DNA of 64,000 bases from an uncultured Actinomycetota bacterium (GCA_964426525.1 CAYRQL010000001.1:130294-194293), one strand, 5' to 3'; shown: positions 18,641 to 28,970, counted from the first letter of the stretch. Notes: generated by a model not told the origin, from the sequence alone. Program-made: numbers and translations.

Positions 18641-19894
18641 TTAAAACAGTAGCTGAACAAACATTGCTACGGTGAAGAAAGTCATAATTAAAGCAGTTGC
18701 TAAACCTATAAAATTGTCCCAGCGAGTGTTGGTATATTCACCCATTATTTTTTTGTCGTTACATACTTTTAGAAGAAAAATGATTAATGCTGGAGTTAAA
18801 ATTCCTTGAAAAACTTGGGAGTAATAGAGCATCTGAATCGGCGATAGACCGATGAGATTGAATGTTACACCAACAAAAAGAGACATTATCATTATTAAAT
18901 AAAAGTATTTTGCTTGCGAAAAAGTTTTATTTAAACCTTCAGGCCAGCCGACTATTTCTGTAATAGCATAAGCAGAAGAAGCGGCCAGCACGGGAATAGC
19001 AATGAGCCCCGAGAATAATAAAGCGATTGAAAAAAGAAGCCATGCCAAGTTCCCAGCAATCGGTTTTAAAGCTAGAGCGGCATCAGCAGCTGTTAATATA
19101 CCCTTTGCATAACTTTTCCCATAGATTGTTGCTCCAGCACAGAGTACAATAAAGTAAAAAATCAAGTTGGCGTAGACCATTCCTGAAACAACACCTGTGT
19201 TTTCCTCTTTAAGTTGCGATAAAGTTTTGCCTTCTTCAATTTCTTCTGTGGTCTGCCAGAAAATTAGATAAGGAGAGATTGTTGTTCCTAAAAGGGCAAC
19301 TGCTGCTGTTAAATAAGTAGTGTTGAATTGGATTTCAGGAATAAAAGTTTTTCTTATAATCTCTATCCATGGAGGTTTTACTGATACTGAGGAGATAATA
19401 TAAAGAAGCAAAAAAGGTGTCATAATAAAAAGAAAACGACTAATATAATGATAATTTTTAGTTACCAGAAAAAAACTGATGATTAGAGTGATAGGTATTA
19501 AATATATATGCCAGGGGATTCCAGTTAAAAGTTCAAGTGCCGCTGCCATGCCTGCAAGGTCAGCTCCGATAGTAGTAATATTGCAGGCTAGAAGGATGAC
19601 GGATGCTAAGGAAGCCAATATCGTCCCATAATATTCTTTAATAACTTGGGCGAGACCTTTCTTAACTACTACTCCCACCCTGGCGGACATCTCTTCAACT
19701 TCAATGAGCATTGGTATAGTAAGAATCATTAGCCATAGTTGGGAAAACCTCGTGAGGGCACCAATCTGAGTATAAGTAGTAATGCCTGAGGGGTCGTTAT
19801 CTGCTGCGCCGGTGATTGTTCCTGCCTGAGTTATTTTGAAATAATCCCTTAAGTGGCGACGTTTTTTATGAATATGTTGTACACGCATTTTCAT
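18641..19894 (-). CDS. NRAMP-family divalent metal cation transporter (MntH-like)
   Basis: Polytopic, 417 aa, with an NRAMP-like N-terminal DPGN-type block (GAADNDPSGITTYTQIGA). Divergent from recA across a 618-bp spacer. Confidence 0.6.
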   Translation of the reverse strand: MKMRVQHIHKKRRHLRDYFKITQAGTITGAADNDPSGITTYTQIGALTRFSQLWLMILTIPMLIEVEEMSARVGVVVKKGLAQVIKEYYGTILASLASVILLACNITTIGADLAGMAAALELLTGIPWHIYLIPITLIISFFLVTKNYHYISRFLFIMTPFLLLYIISSVSVKPPWIEIIRKTFIPEIQFNTTYLTAAVALLGTTISPYLIFWQTTEEIEEGKTLSQLKEENTGVVSGMVYANLIFYFIVLCAGATIYGKSYAKGILTAADAALALKPIAGNLAWLLFSIALLFSGLIAIPVLAASSAYAITEIVGWPEGLNKTFSQAKYFYLIMIMSLFVGVTFNLIGLSPIQMLYYSQVFQGILTPALIIFLLKVCNDKKIMGEYTNTRWDNFIGLATALIMTFFTVAMFVQLLF

Positions 19895-20512
19895 AGGTAA
19901 ATCATCTGTTAAAAGTGAGTAGTCGTCAAGATTTTAAGGAAGGTCGAGTCACAAATTTTGACACTTGTCTTTCCGTATATAAGCTTAGAATATAGTTGAT
20001 TAAACTTTAAAGAGTAGAACATTTAATGTTGCATTGTTTTGACACTTCCATCAAATTAATGTGATTAAAAAAACATTTTCTGAATTTGAGAAATAAGAAA
20101 AACTTGCCTTTTTTAAAGTATGTATGCAATTAATGTCAATACCATTTTCTCTTCAAAATAGAAAACATAAGGAGTTTCATTTTTATTGTAAAAGTAAGTT
20201 TAAGTAAGCTAAGATTGTTTCTGTTGCATTATTTTCAATGACTCATTTGAAGTAGTTGTAAACCATTGCAAGAGTAAGTGGTAGCGGTAATATTGCTTCC
20301 TTTGATTAAAACAGTCTGGATCCTTTGATTTTCTGCATCATAAGAGTGAGTAATAGTAGCTTCATTAGAGATTTAAAAAAATATTCAAAGGACAATTTAG
20401 GCAGTAGGCATTTTGGTAGAATTTTTTAAAAATTTGAATTTTAATGGTTGAGTTATTTTTGTCGCAGGGGTGTTTTATTATAATCAAAGAAATCTAAAAG
20501 GAGGGGTTCAGC

Positions 20513-21502
20513 TTGGATAAAGAAAAGATGTTGGAAGTAGCAAAAGAGCAGATTGAGCGCAAGTATGGTAAAGGCGCCATTATGAAGCTTGGCGAGCGGC
20601 CAGCGGTCACTGACCTTGGAGTTATCCCCACTGGAAGCCTGGCTCTCGATATAGCTCTGGGAGTTGGCGGCGTTCCAAGAGGAAGAATTATTGAGATTTT
20701 TGGGCCCGAGGCTTCAGGTAAAACTACTCTTGCTCTTCAAATTATTGCCGAAGCTCAAGCAAAGGGCGGAGTAGCAGCTTTTATCGACGCTGAGCATGCT
20801 CTTGACCCGATTTATGCTCAAAAAATCGGAGTTGATGTCGATAATCTTTTAATTTCCCAGCCTGACACTGGTGAGCAGGCTCTTGAGATTACCGAAACTT
20901 TGGTTCGTAGCGGAGCTGTTGACATTGTAGTAATTGATTCAGTAGCCGCTTTAGTTCCACGAGCCGAAATTGAGGGGGACATGGGAGATGCACAGGTTGG
21001 TCTTCAAGCTCGGCTTATGTCTCAAGCTCTGAGAAAATTAGCTGGCGCTATAAGCAAATCACAAACTTGCTGTATTTTCATTAACCAGTTGCGGGAAAAA
21101 ATTGGCATTATGTTTGGCAATCCTGAGGTAACTCCGGGTGGGAGAGCTTTAAAGTTTTGGGCTAGTGTGCGGATTGATGTTCGAAAGATTCAGTCTTTGA
21201 AGCAGGGGACAGAGGAGATTGGTAGTCGGGTTAGAGCTAAGGTGGTAAAAAACAAAATAGCCCCGCCGTTTAAAATAGCAGAATTTGATATCCTTTTCGG
21301 TCAGGGAATTTCTCGCGAAGGTTCACTCATTGATTTAGGGACAGACACTGGAGTGATTACAAAAAGTGGCTCCTGGTTTGCTTATGGGGAAACCCGGTTG
21401 GGCCAAGGGAAAGAATCAGCCCGGGATTATTTAAAAGAGAATACAAAACTAGCAAAGGAAATTGAGGATAACATTCGGCAGTCTTTGGGCTTAAAGGTTT
21501 AA
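20513..21502 (+). CDS. recA: Recombinase RecA
   Basis: Walker [13 protein letters not shown] and the [21 protein letters not shown] and [27 protein letters not shown] blocks. TTG start after a GGAGGGG Shine-Dalgarno site. Confidence 0.95.
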   Translation: MDKEKMLEVAKEQIERKYGKGAIMKLGERPAVTDLGVIPTGSLALDIALGVGGVPRGRIIEIFGPEASGKTTLALQIIAEAQAKGGVAAFIDAEHALDPIYAQKIGVDVDNLLISQPDTGEQALEITETLVRSGAVDIVVIDSVAALVPRAEIEGDMGDAQVGLQARLMSQALRKLAGAISKSQTCCIFINQLREKIGIMFGNPEVTPGGRALKFWASVRIDVRKIQSLKQGTEEIGSRVRAKVVKNKIAPPFKIAEFDILFGQGISREGSLIDLGTDTGVITKSGSWFAYGETRLGQGKESARDYLKENTKLAKEIEDNIRQSLGLKV

Positions 21503-21511
21503 AATTTTAAT

Positions 21512-21988
21512 TTGGAAGAAGAAAGAGCACATAGTTTAGCTTTAAGATATTTAGCACGCTTTAATGTTCCCCGAAAAAAACTAATTGACTACCTTGAGAA
21601 AAAGGGTATCGAAAAGACTCTGGCGATTAAAGTAGCCTCTGAACTCGAAAGGTTGGGGTACTTAAACGACTTCGATTATGCTCTGGCGTTTGTTCAGCGA
21701 AAAAAGGAAAAGTTTGGCTCTTTCCGGCTTTACGGTGAGCTAATAAAGAAAGGGGTTTCTAAAGAAGTGGCGAATGAAGCAATTCGGGAGGTGAGCGAGG
21801 AGGAAGAAAGAAAAACTTTAAAACAAATTGCCTCAGATTATTTAAAAAAGAATTCTGGTCTGGATAAGAAAATTATTAAAAGAAGATTAGCTGAATTTTT
21901 GGTCCGTCGAGGTTTCAGTCAGGAATCGGTTTTGGCAGTTTTAGAAGAGTTTTTAGGGGATATTGATTCTCTTAAAACCCGAAAATAA
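21512..21988 (+). CDS. recX: Recombination regulator RecX
   Basis: Lies immediately downstream of recA. RecX-like repeats (ALRYLARF..., YALAFVQRKKEKFG, LAEFLVRRGFS). Confidence 0.8.
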   Translation: MEEERAHSLALRYLARFNVPRKKLIDYLEKKGIEKTLAIKVASELERLGYLNDFDYALAFVQRKKEKFGSFRLYGELIKKGVSKEVANEAIREVSEEEERKTLKQIASDYLKKNSGLDKKIIKRRLAEFLVRRGFSQESVLAVLEEFLGDIDSLKTRK

Positions 21989-21993
21989 AACAG

Positions 21994-22022
21994 TTGACAG
22001 AGAAGTTGTAAAGTTTTATTTT
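21994..22022 (+). promoter_or_regulatory. Candidate sigma-A promoter for rny: TTGACA, 17-nt spacer, TATTTT
   Basis: TTGACA at 21994-21999, a 17-nt spacer, and TATTTT at 22017-22022, upstream of the rny leader hairpins. Confidence 0.35.
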
Positions 22023-22110
22023 GTTAAATAGAAGTTTTGCTAAATAGTGAAGTTCGGCAGGGCTAAAACCGAAAGGTTTTTAGATAAATTAAAACTGAAT
22101 AAAGCCTAAA

Positions 22111-22145
22111 TTGCCGAGCTTTGCTTGGCAATTTTTATTTTGGAA
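22111..22145 (+). terminator. Rho-independent terminator/attenuator hairpin (TTGCCgAGCtttGCTtGGCAA plus T-tract) between recX and rny
   Basis: Near-perfect inverted repeat 22111-22131 followed by TTTTTATTTT. It is preceded by a second hairpin with a GAAA tetraloop at 22063-22083. Confidence 0.5.
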
Positions 22146-22186
22146 CGAATTTGTTAAATAAGAGTGAGATTTAGAAAGGAGGAAAA

Positions 22187-23725
22187 ATGTGGTTGTTGCC
22201 AGCGATTACAATTTTACTCTCTTTAACGCTCGGTCTGGCAGGCGGTTTCTATTTGCGAAAGTTCTATCTTGAGAGCAAGCTCGAGGGAGCAAAAGAAGAT
22301 GCCCGCAAAATTATTGAAGACGCAAAAAGAGAAGCTGAAAACTTAAGAAAAGAAGCTGTTTTAAAGTCTAAAGAGGAGATTTATAGCTTAAAGCAGGAAG
22401 TAGACAAAGAAATCAAAGAAAGACGTCTTGAACTTCAAAAGCTGGAGGAAAGGCTTCTTTCTCGAGAAGAGACTTTAGACCGAAAAGCTCAAAGCCTTGA
22501 AGACAAGGAAAAAAATGTAAATCAGTTAAAGGAGGAGTTTCAGCAGAAGCAAAAGAAACTGGAAGAACTTATAGCTCAAGAAGAAACCTTACTGTCTCAA
22601 ATATCAGGATTAAGCAAAGAACAAGCAAAAGAACTTCTTTTTAAGAAAATTGAAGAGGAAACGCAGGTTGAGGCAGTAAAATTAAAGAAAAAAATTCTCG
22701 AGCAGGCTGAAGAAGAAGCAGAAGAAAAATCGCGACATATTTTATCAATGGCAATCCAGAGATGTGCTGCTGATCATGTAGTAGAGACTACTGTCTCAGT
22801 TGTTGCCTTACCTAGTGATGATATTAAGGGAAGAATTATTGGTCGGGAAGGCCGCAACATCAGAACTTTTGAAAACTTAACCGGAGTAAATCTGATAATT
22901 GATGACACACCTGAAGCTGTTACTCTATCGAGTTTTGATCCGGTCAGAAGAGAAATTGCCCGCCGATGTTTGGAGAAGCTAATTGTTGATGGGAGAATTC
23001 ATCCGGCGCAAATTGAAAAGCTTTATGAGAAAGCCAAAACTGAAGTTGAAGCAGAAATTAGAAAAGCAGGTGAGCAAGCTCTCTTTGAACTTTCTATTAC
23101 TGGAGTTCATAGCGAATTAGCTAAAGCTTTAGGACGGCTGAAGTATCGAACCAGCTACGGCCAGAATGTTCTTCAACATTCAATAGAGGTAGCTAATTTG
23201 GCTGGGGTTATGGCAGCTGAAATTGGAGCTGATGTAAAATTGGCAAAAAGAGCAGGCCTCCTTCACGACATTGGTAAAGCTATCGACCAGGAAGTTGAAG
23301 GCCCTCATACGATAATTGGCGCTGAATTAGCCCAGAGGCTTAGAGAATCTCCAGCTGTTTGTCATGCTATTAAAGCGCACCATGAAGAAGTCGAACCCGA
23401 GTCAATTGAAGCAGTTCTGGTTCAAGCAGCCGATGCTATCTCTGCTACTCGACCAGGTGCTCGTCGGGAAACTCTTGAAAGCTATATCAGAAGGTTAGAG
23501 AAATTAGAGGAATTAGCTCAGAATTTCGAGGGTGTGGAAAAGTGTTATGCAATTCAAGCTGGACGAGAAGTTAGAGTAATGGTCAAACCAACAGAAGTTG
23601 ACGATGAGAAATCCAATGTTTTGGCTTTTCAACTGGCAAGAAAAATTGAAGAAGAGTTGGATTATCCCGGCCAGATTAAAGTAATGGTAATAAGAGAACA
23701 TCGAGCTGTTGAATACGCTAAATAA
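22187..23725 (+). CDS. rny: Ribonuclease Y (N-terminal TM anchor, coiled coil, KH, HD domains)
   Basis: [25 protein letters not shown] segment, then an E/K-rich coiled coil, KH ([13 protein letters not shown]), and HD (LLHDIGKA...HH). Strong AGGAGG Shine-Dalgarno site. Confidence 0.9.
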   Translation: MWLLPAITILLSLTLGLAGGFYLRKFYLESKLEGAKEDARKIIEDAKREAENLRKEAVLKSKEEIYSLKQEVDKEIKERRLELQKLEERLLSREETLDRKAQSLEDKEKNVNQLKEEFQQKQKKLEELIAQEETLLSQISGLSKEQAKELLFKKIEEETQVEAVKLKKKILEQAEEEAEEKSRHILSMAIQRCAADHVVETTVSVVALPSDDIKGRIIGREGRNIRTFENLTGVNLIIDDTPEAVTLSSFDPVRREIARRCLEKLIVDGRIHPAQIEKLYEKAKTEVEAEIRKAGEQALFELSITGVHSELAKALGRLKYRTSYGQNVLQHSIEVANLAGVMAAEIGADVKLAKRAGLLHDIGKAIDQEVEGPHTIIGAELAQRLRESPAVCHAIKAHHEEVEPESIEAVLVQAADAISATRPGARRETLESYIRRLEKLEELAQNFEGVEKCYAIQAGREVRVMVKPTEVDDEKSNVLAFQLARKIEEELDYPGQIKVMVIREHRAVEYAK

Positions 23726-23864
23726 TTTAAGAAATCCAAAAAATTTATGTTGTTGAAGAGCTGCCTAATTACTTTCTAACCAGGCTGATTATGGCTTTTT
23801 GGCTTTTAAAAGATCCTATTGTTGCTGTCTTTTCTTCAGAGTGGCTGAGGTATAATAGAAAAAA

Positions 23865-24884
23865 ATGAAAAACAAAGCCAAAGATATCGAATTCGTAGTC
23901 GATTCTTGCAGTGACTTACCTCGAATTGAAGAAGATTTAGGTTTTGGTTTTGTTCGGCTTTTAGTTGACGAAGCCGAAAGAAGGCAAGCTAAACACGATG
24001 TCAGGTCAGTGGAGGATGTTTTAATTGAGCTGCTGAGAAATTCTCGTGATGCCCAGGCAAAACATATTCTGGTTGCTGTTTCAACTACTGAGGACTCATT
24101 GAAACGGATTTTAGTTATTGATGACGGTCAGGGGATTCCGCCAGAACTTCATCAAAAAGTTTTTGATTCTCGTGTAACCTCTCGTTTGTACAATTTAATC
24201 GAAGACGATTATGGAATACATGGGCGAGGGATGGCTCTTTATGCAGTCAAGGCTCGTTCGAAAGAAGCAAAAGTTACCGCATCAGATGATGGAAAAGGAA
24301 CATCAGTTTATGTCGTAATTGATTTAAATGAACTTCCTCAAAGAAAAGACCAGTCAACCTGGCCTAAAATCATTTATCGAAAAAACTCTTACGAGATAAC
24401 ACAGGGCCCTCATAATATATTAAGAACACTGGTTGAATTTTACCTTCGGCATAACTATTTAGAAATTTTTGTAGGTTCACCAGCCGAGATTGTCGCGACT
24501 TTAAGATTTTTAATTGAACAAGGTTTTTTTGTCGGAACTTTATTTGAGCCATTGGGAGAAATAAGCAACGCTGCTGAGCTAAAACAATTGGCTGAAAATC
24601 TAGAACTGAACATTTCTCTTAGGAATGCTTATCGAATTTTAAAAGGGGAAATTGCTCCGGTTCTTTCAATTAAAGAAAAGATAAATTTATTGGCTGAGCG
24701 AAAACGTTCCAGCCAGAAACCACTAATTCATTCAGCTGATTTGGAAAGGGCGGAGAAAAGAATTAAAAAAATTATTTCCGAGCTTGGTCAAAAATACTTT
24801 TTAAACCCTGTTGAGTTAAAACTTACTCATCGTGGAAAAAAGCTAAACATAAGCGTAACTTTTGAAGAAATTGATAACCTTTGA
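23865..24884 (+). CDS. Orphan GHKL (histidine-kinase-like) ATPase-domain protein with an about 190-aa C-terminal region of unknown function
   Basis: N-box ELLRNSRDA, G1 VIDDGQGIP, G2 GIHGRGMALY. No recognisable DHp/HisKA or sensor domain precedes it. Sits between rny and spoVS. Confidence 0.6.
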   Translation: MKNKAKDIEFVVDSCSDLPRIEEDLGFGFVRLLVDEAERRQAKHDVRSVEDVLIELLRNSRDAQAKHILVAVSTTEDSLKRILVIDDGQGIPPELHQKVFDSRVTSRLYNLIEDDYGIHGRGMALYAVKARSKEAKVTASDDGKGTSVYVVIDLNELPQRKDQSTWPKIIYRKNSYEITQGPHNILRTLVEFYLRHNYLEIFVGSPAEIVATLRFLIEQGFFVGTLFEPLGEISNAAELKQLAENLELNISLRNAYRILKGEIAPVLSIKEKINLLAERKRSSQKPLIHSADLERAEKRIKKIISELGQKYFLNPVELKLTHRGKKLNISVTFEEIDNL

Positions 24885-24958
24885 AATTCTGGTAAAATAA
24901 ATAAAAAAAGTTTAAAAATCTAGAAATGAAAGAAAACCAGCATTGGGAGGAAGCAGAA

Positions 24959-25219
24959 ATGGAAGTTATCAGAGTATCATCAAAGTCTAATCCAACTTCA
25001 GTAGCCGGTGCTTTAGCAGGTATAATTAAGGAAAAAGGTGGAGTAGAAATTCAAACGATTGGTGCAGGAGCCTTGAACCAAGCCATAAAAGCAATTGCTA
25101 TTGCACGAGGCTATGTTGCCCCTATTGGCTACGATTTAGTTTGTATTCCTGCTTTTAAAGATGTAGAAATTGACGGGGAGCATCGCACTGCCATTCGTTT
25201 GTTATTGCAAACGCGTTAA
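24959..25219 (+). CDS. spoVS: Stage V sporulation protein S (SpoVS family)
   Basis: MEVIRVSSKSNPTSVAGALAGIIKEKGGVEIQTIGAGALNQAIKAIAIARGY is highly SpoVS-like. I moved the start to the internal ATG at 24959 (86 aa, preceded by GGGAGGAAG) instead of the ORF-track start. Confidence 0.85.
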   Translation: MEVIRVSSKSNPTSVAGALAGIIKEKGGVEIQTIGAGALNQAIKAIAIARGYVAPIGYDLVCIPAFKDVEIDGEHRTAIRLLLQTR

Positions 25220-25222
25220 CTA

Positions 25223-26044
25223 ATGTTTGTTGACTTACACATTCACACTACTGCTTCTGACGGGATTCTTACCCCTGTTGAATCGGTTGAAAAGGCTATG
25301 CGAAATCAGATTAGTTATTTAAGTTTGACTGATCATGACTCAATTGAAGGGATAGGGGAAGCAATAGAAGCTGGAAAATCAATGGGAGTAAAAGTAATTT
25401 CTGGCATTGAACTTTCAACTGTTTTGAATCAGCAAGATGTTCATATTCTTGGCTATGGATTTGACTATCAGCAATCATTTCTTGTTAAGAAACTAAATAG
25501 TTTACGGCAAAAAAGAGAGCGAAGAATGAAAGAAATGCTTAAAAAAGCAACTCGGGCAGGCATAGAGATTACATATGATGAAGTTGTTGAGTTAGCTAAA
25601 AGTGGAAGCTTAAGCCGCGCTCACTTAGCTCGTCTTTTGGTTAAAAAAAAGGTAGTTAATAATATTTCCGAGGCTTTTCAACTTTATTTAGGGCGTGGCA
25701 AGCCTTTTTTTGTTGAAAAAGAAGAAATTAGCCCTGAAGACGCTATTGATTTAATAAATAAAATTGGCGGCATTTCTGTGTTAGCCCACCCTGGCGTTAC
25801 TAATCTTGACTCTGAGATTGACTATCTTATTAAAAGAGGCTTAAAAGGTATTGAAGCATACTACTCTGATCACACTCCTGAACAAACTCTTTACTACCTT
25901 GACTTAGCTAGACGAAAGAATCTTTTAGTGACCGCTGGTTCTGATGCTCACAATATTCCTGGACACGGCTCTCAAATTGGCACTTTTAAAGTTGAAGCTG
26001 AGAAAGTTAGACCCTTTTTGTCTTTAGTTTTAGAAAATAGTTGA
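25223..26044 (+). CDS. PHP-domain metal-dependent phosphoesterase (TrpH/YciV-like)
   Basis: MFVDLHIHTTASDG, SLTDHDS and LAHPG blocks typical of the PHP family. Confidence 0.75.
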   Translation: MFVDLHIHTTASDGILTPVESVEKAMRNQISYLSLTDHDSIEGIGEAIEAGKSMGVKVISGIELSTVLNQQDVHILGYGFDYQQSFLVKKLNSLRQKRERRMKEMLKKATRAGIEITYDEVVELAKSGSLSRAHLARLLVKKKVVNNISEAFQLYLGRGKPFFVEKEEISPEDAIDLINKIGGISVLAHPGVTNLDSEIDYLIKRGLKGIEAYYSDHTPEQTLYYLDLARRKNLLVTAGSDAHNIPGHGSQIGTFKVEAEKVRPFLSLVLENS

Positions 26045-26172
26045 GTTTTCTTTTTGCTCGCTTTATCTTTTATAGCTTATAGCTCTATACTTTTTGCAAA
26101 AAGCCAGGGTAAAAAACTTTAAAAGTAAATCGATTTTTGTTACAATCTTTATTGAATAAATTCACAAGGGGG

Positions 26173-26577
26173 TTGAAAGGTGTGGAAAAGGGCAGATTTT
26201 TAGTTTCACTTATTTTAATAATACTTATTTTCGCCGGTTGTTCTTCTGCTCAGACCCCTACTCAACAACCAAGCCAGCCAGCTGAAGAAAAACCAGCCGG
26301 AGAGCAGCCAGCCACTGAAGATACAGTTAGCGCCGAATTAAAGGCTATTCAGAAAGAAGTTGATTCTGGGCAACAAACATGGCGACTTGACCCCGTAGCC
26401 GTAACTAAGGAAAGTGTTTTAGGAGATAGTTATAAGGTAATTTCAAATGACCAAGTAAAATCAGCTGTTGTTGAAGTTAGACAAGGCAAAAAAAAGTTTA
26501 AGGTTTATTTAATAAAACCCGTTCGCCAAGACAAAAAAGGAATATGGTTTGTTGAAAAAATTGAAGAGATTGAGTAA
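26173..26577 (+). CDS. Hypothetical lipoprotein
   Basis: Signal peptide with lipobox (LIFAGCSS) and a low-complexity Pro/Gln/Glu linker. The start is set at the TTG 26173 after an AAGGGGG Shine-Dalgarno site. The ORF track gives 26137. Confidence 0.45.
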   Translation: MKGVEKGRFLVSLILIILIFAGCSSAQTPTQQPSQPAEEKPAGEQPATEDTVSAELKAIQKEVDSGQQTWRLDPVAVTKESVLGDSYKVISNDQVKSAVVEVRQGKKKFKVYLIKPVRQDKKGIWFVEKIEEIE

Positions 26578-26690
26578 ATTTCTTTTTGTCTTAGCTTTTT
26601 TTAGCTGAATTTTTTCTAACTGAGTTACTTTCTGCCTACTTTAGTTTTGATTTTTATTTTTTTTAAGCTCCACCTTATAATATTTATTCT

Positions 26691-28007
26691 ATGAAGACTT
26701 TTTATATCAAAACATTTGGTTGTCAAATGAATAAGCACGACTCAGAAAGGTTAACTGGTTTATTGTTGGCTAAGGGCTTTCAAGCCTCTTCTTCTCCAGA
26801 GGATGCTGAGATTTTGATATTCAATACTTGCAGCGTTCGTCGCTCGGCTGAGAAGAAATTTCTTGGTGTTTTAACTTACTGGCAAAAGGAAAAAGCAAAA
26901 GAGGATGTTTTAATTGGGGTTGGTGGTTGTACTGCCCAAAAAGAAAGGGAGAAACTAATAAAGAAACTTCCGGGTGTGGATTTTATTTTTGGACCTAATG
27001 ATTTAGATAAAGTTCCCCAGCTTATCGACGCTTGCCTTCGGGGCAATAAGCCTCAAATCAGTGCAAACGTTGAGAACCGTCCTGATTTTTCTTCTCTTCC
27101 TTTGCATCGAGAGGAAAAATTTAGAGCTTGGGTTAGCATATCTACTGGTTGCGATAACTTTTGCGCTTACTGTATTGTTCCTTTTGTTCGGGGTAGAGAA
27201 AAAAGCCGCCCACTAGAAGAAATTTTAAGTGAAGCTCAAAATTTGGTTGAAGACGGTGTAGTTGAAATAACTTTACTTGGACAAAATGTAAATTCTTACG
27301 GTAAAGACCTATACGGCCAACCACGCTTTGGTAAACTTCTTCAAGCAGTGGAAAAAATACCTGGTTTAAAAAGATTGAGATTTACCACTTCTCATCCTCG
27401 GGATTTTAGCTTTGATTTGGTTTACATTGTAAAAAACTCGTCAGTTATTTGCCCTCATTTTCACTTGCCTTTGCAAGCTGGTTCAAATAAAGTCTTAGAA
27501 CTTATGAACCGCCAATACAAGCAGGAAGATTATCTTAGATTGGCTAATAAAATTAGAGAAGAGATACCCGAAGCAGCTATTACTACCGATATAATAGTTG
27601 GTTTTCCTGGAGAAAGAGAAGAAGATTTTAAAGAAACGCTTAAAGTGGTAGAAGAAGTTCAGTTTGATCAAGCTTTCACCTTTCTCTATTCGCCAAGGGA
27701 GGGGACTAAAGCAGCTGAAATGGAAGATTTTGTTCCCCTAAAAGAAAAGAAGGAGTGGTTTTTAGAACTTACCAGTCTAACTAAAAGAGTGGCCTTAAAA
27801 AGAAATGAACTTTTGGTTGGCAAAACTTTGACCGTTTTGATTGATGGAAAAAGCAAAAAGGGACAGATTTCAGGGAGAACGACAACCAACAAAGTGGTTA
27901 ACTTGATTGATAATAGTTTCTTGGAGGAATGTCTCGGTAAAATTTTTAATGTTCAAATCACCTCTGCCTTTCCTTTCCATTTAAAAGGGAAAATAATCCT
28001 TGACTGA
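26691..28007 (+). CDS. miaB: tRNA-2-methylthio-N6-dimethylallyladenosine synthase MiaB
   Basis: MKTFYIKTFGCQMNKHDSE, radical-SAM CDNFCAYCIVP, and a TRAM C-terminus. Adjacent to miaA. Confidence 0.9.
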   Translation: MKTFYIKTFGCQMNKHDSERLTGLLLAKGFQASSSPEDAEILIFNTCSVRRSAEKKFLGVLTYWQKEKAKEDVLIGVGGCTAQKEREKLIKKLPGVDFIFGPNDLDKVPQLIDACLRGNKPQISANVENRPDFSSLPLHREEKFRAWVSISTGCDNFCAYCIVPFVRGREKSRPLEEILSEAQNLVEDGVVEITLLGQNVNSYGKDLYGQPRFGKLLQAVEKIPGLKRLRFTTSHPRDFSFDLVYIVKNSSVICPHFHLPLQAGSNKVLELMNRQYKQEDYLRLANKIREEIPEAAITTDIIVGFPGEREEDFKETLKVVEEVQFDQAFTFLYSPREGTKAAEMEDFVPLKEKKEWFLELTSLTKRVALKRNELLVGKTLTVLIDGKSKKGQISGRTTTNKVVNLIDNSFLEECLGKIFNVQITSAFPFHLKGKIILD

Positions 28008-28941
28008 GTTAGAAAGTCCCAACTTTCCCGTTATCGCTATTGTCGGTCCAACTTCAGTGGGGAAATCAGCTTTTGCTTTATCTTTAGCTCAAAAAATTGA
28101 TGCTGAAATTGTTTCAGTAGACTCCATGCAAATTTACAAAGATATGGATATAGGCACTGATAAACCACCGGAAAAAGTAAGAAGAAAAATTCCCCATCAT
28201 ATGATTGACATAACCACACCAGATAAGAATTTTTCCGTTGCTGAGTTTCAAAAACTAGCTCGCCAAGCAATTGAAGACATTAGAAGACGCCAAAAAAAAG
28301 TTATTTTAGTTGGTGGTTCAGGTTTGTATTTTAGGGCAGTTGTTGACCCCTTGACTTTTCCAAAAGGAGTTTTAAATTCTCCTTTGCGAAAAGAATTGGA
28401 GAGAGAAGTAGAAGTAAAAGGCTCAGATTATCTTTACCGCTTGCTTTTAAATAAAGATCCCGAAGCGGCTAAATATTTACCTTCAACTGATACTCGAAGA
28501 ATTATTAGAGCTTTGGAAATAATTAAACAAGAAAATATTCTTTACTCTGACTTGAGAAAAAACTGGCGCCGATACGAATCCATTTATGACTTGAGAGTGA
28601 TTGGGCTTAATCTTTCGAGAGAAGAATTGTATCAAGCAATAGAAAATAGAGTTGATTTAATGATGAAAAAAGGATTGCTGGAAGAAGTTAAAAACCTTTT
28701 AAGCAAGTATCAACTCGCAACAACTCCCAAGCAGGCATTAGGTTATAAAGAGTTAATATCATATTTAAATGGCGATTTAAGTTTAAACGAAGCGGTGGAG
28801 CTAGTTAAGAAAAGAACCAGACATTTTGCTAAAAGACAGCTCGTTTGGTTTAAAGCTGACCCACGAGTTTACTGGATTGATGTCGAAAAGTTTAGAAATG
28901 CTGAAGAACTTTTAAGTTATACTTTAACTTTAAAATTTTAA
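28000..28941 (+). CDS. miaA: tRNA dimethylallyltransferase MiaA
   Basis: P-loop IVGPTSVGKSAFAL and the DSMQIYKDMDIGTDKP block. TTG start overlapping the miaB end. Confidence 0.9.
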   Translation: MTELESPNFPVIAIVGPTSVGKSAFALSLAQKIDAEIVSVDSMQIYKDMDIGTDKPPEKVRRKIPHHMIDITTPDKNFSVAEFQKLARQAIEDIRRRQKKVILVGGSGLYFRAVVDPLTFPKGVLNSPLRKELEREVEVKGSDYLYRLLLNKDPEAAKYLPSTDTRRIIRALEIIKQENILYSDLRKNWRRYESIYDLRVIGLNLSREELYQAIENRVDLMMKKGLLEEVKNLLSKYQLATTPKQALGYKELISYLNGDLSLNEAVELVKKRTRHFAKRQLVWFKADPRVYWIDVEKFRNAEELLSYTLTLKF

Positions 28942-28970
28942 TTTTTAGCTGTTTTGAAAATTTTGTTAGG

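Noticed and set aside
20010-20030. Possible Cheo-type LexA box (GAACATTTAATGTT) upstream of recA
   Set aside because: The spacing between the GAAC and GTT half-sites is 7 nt, not the 4 nt of the Cheo consensus. Only one half-site ends in GTTC-like sequence. I cannot call it a SOS box.
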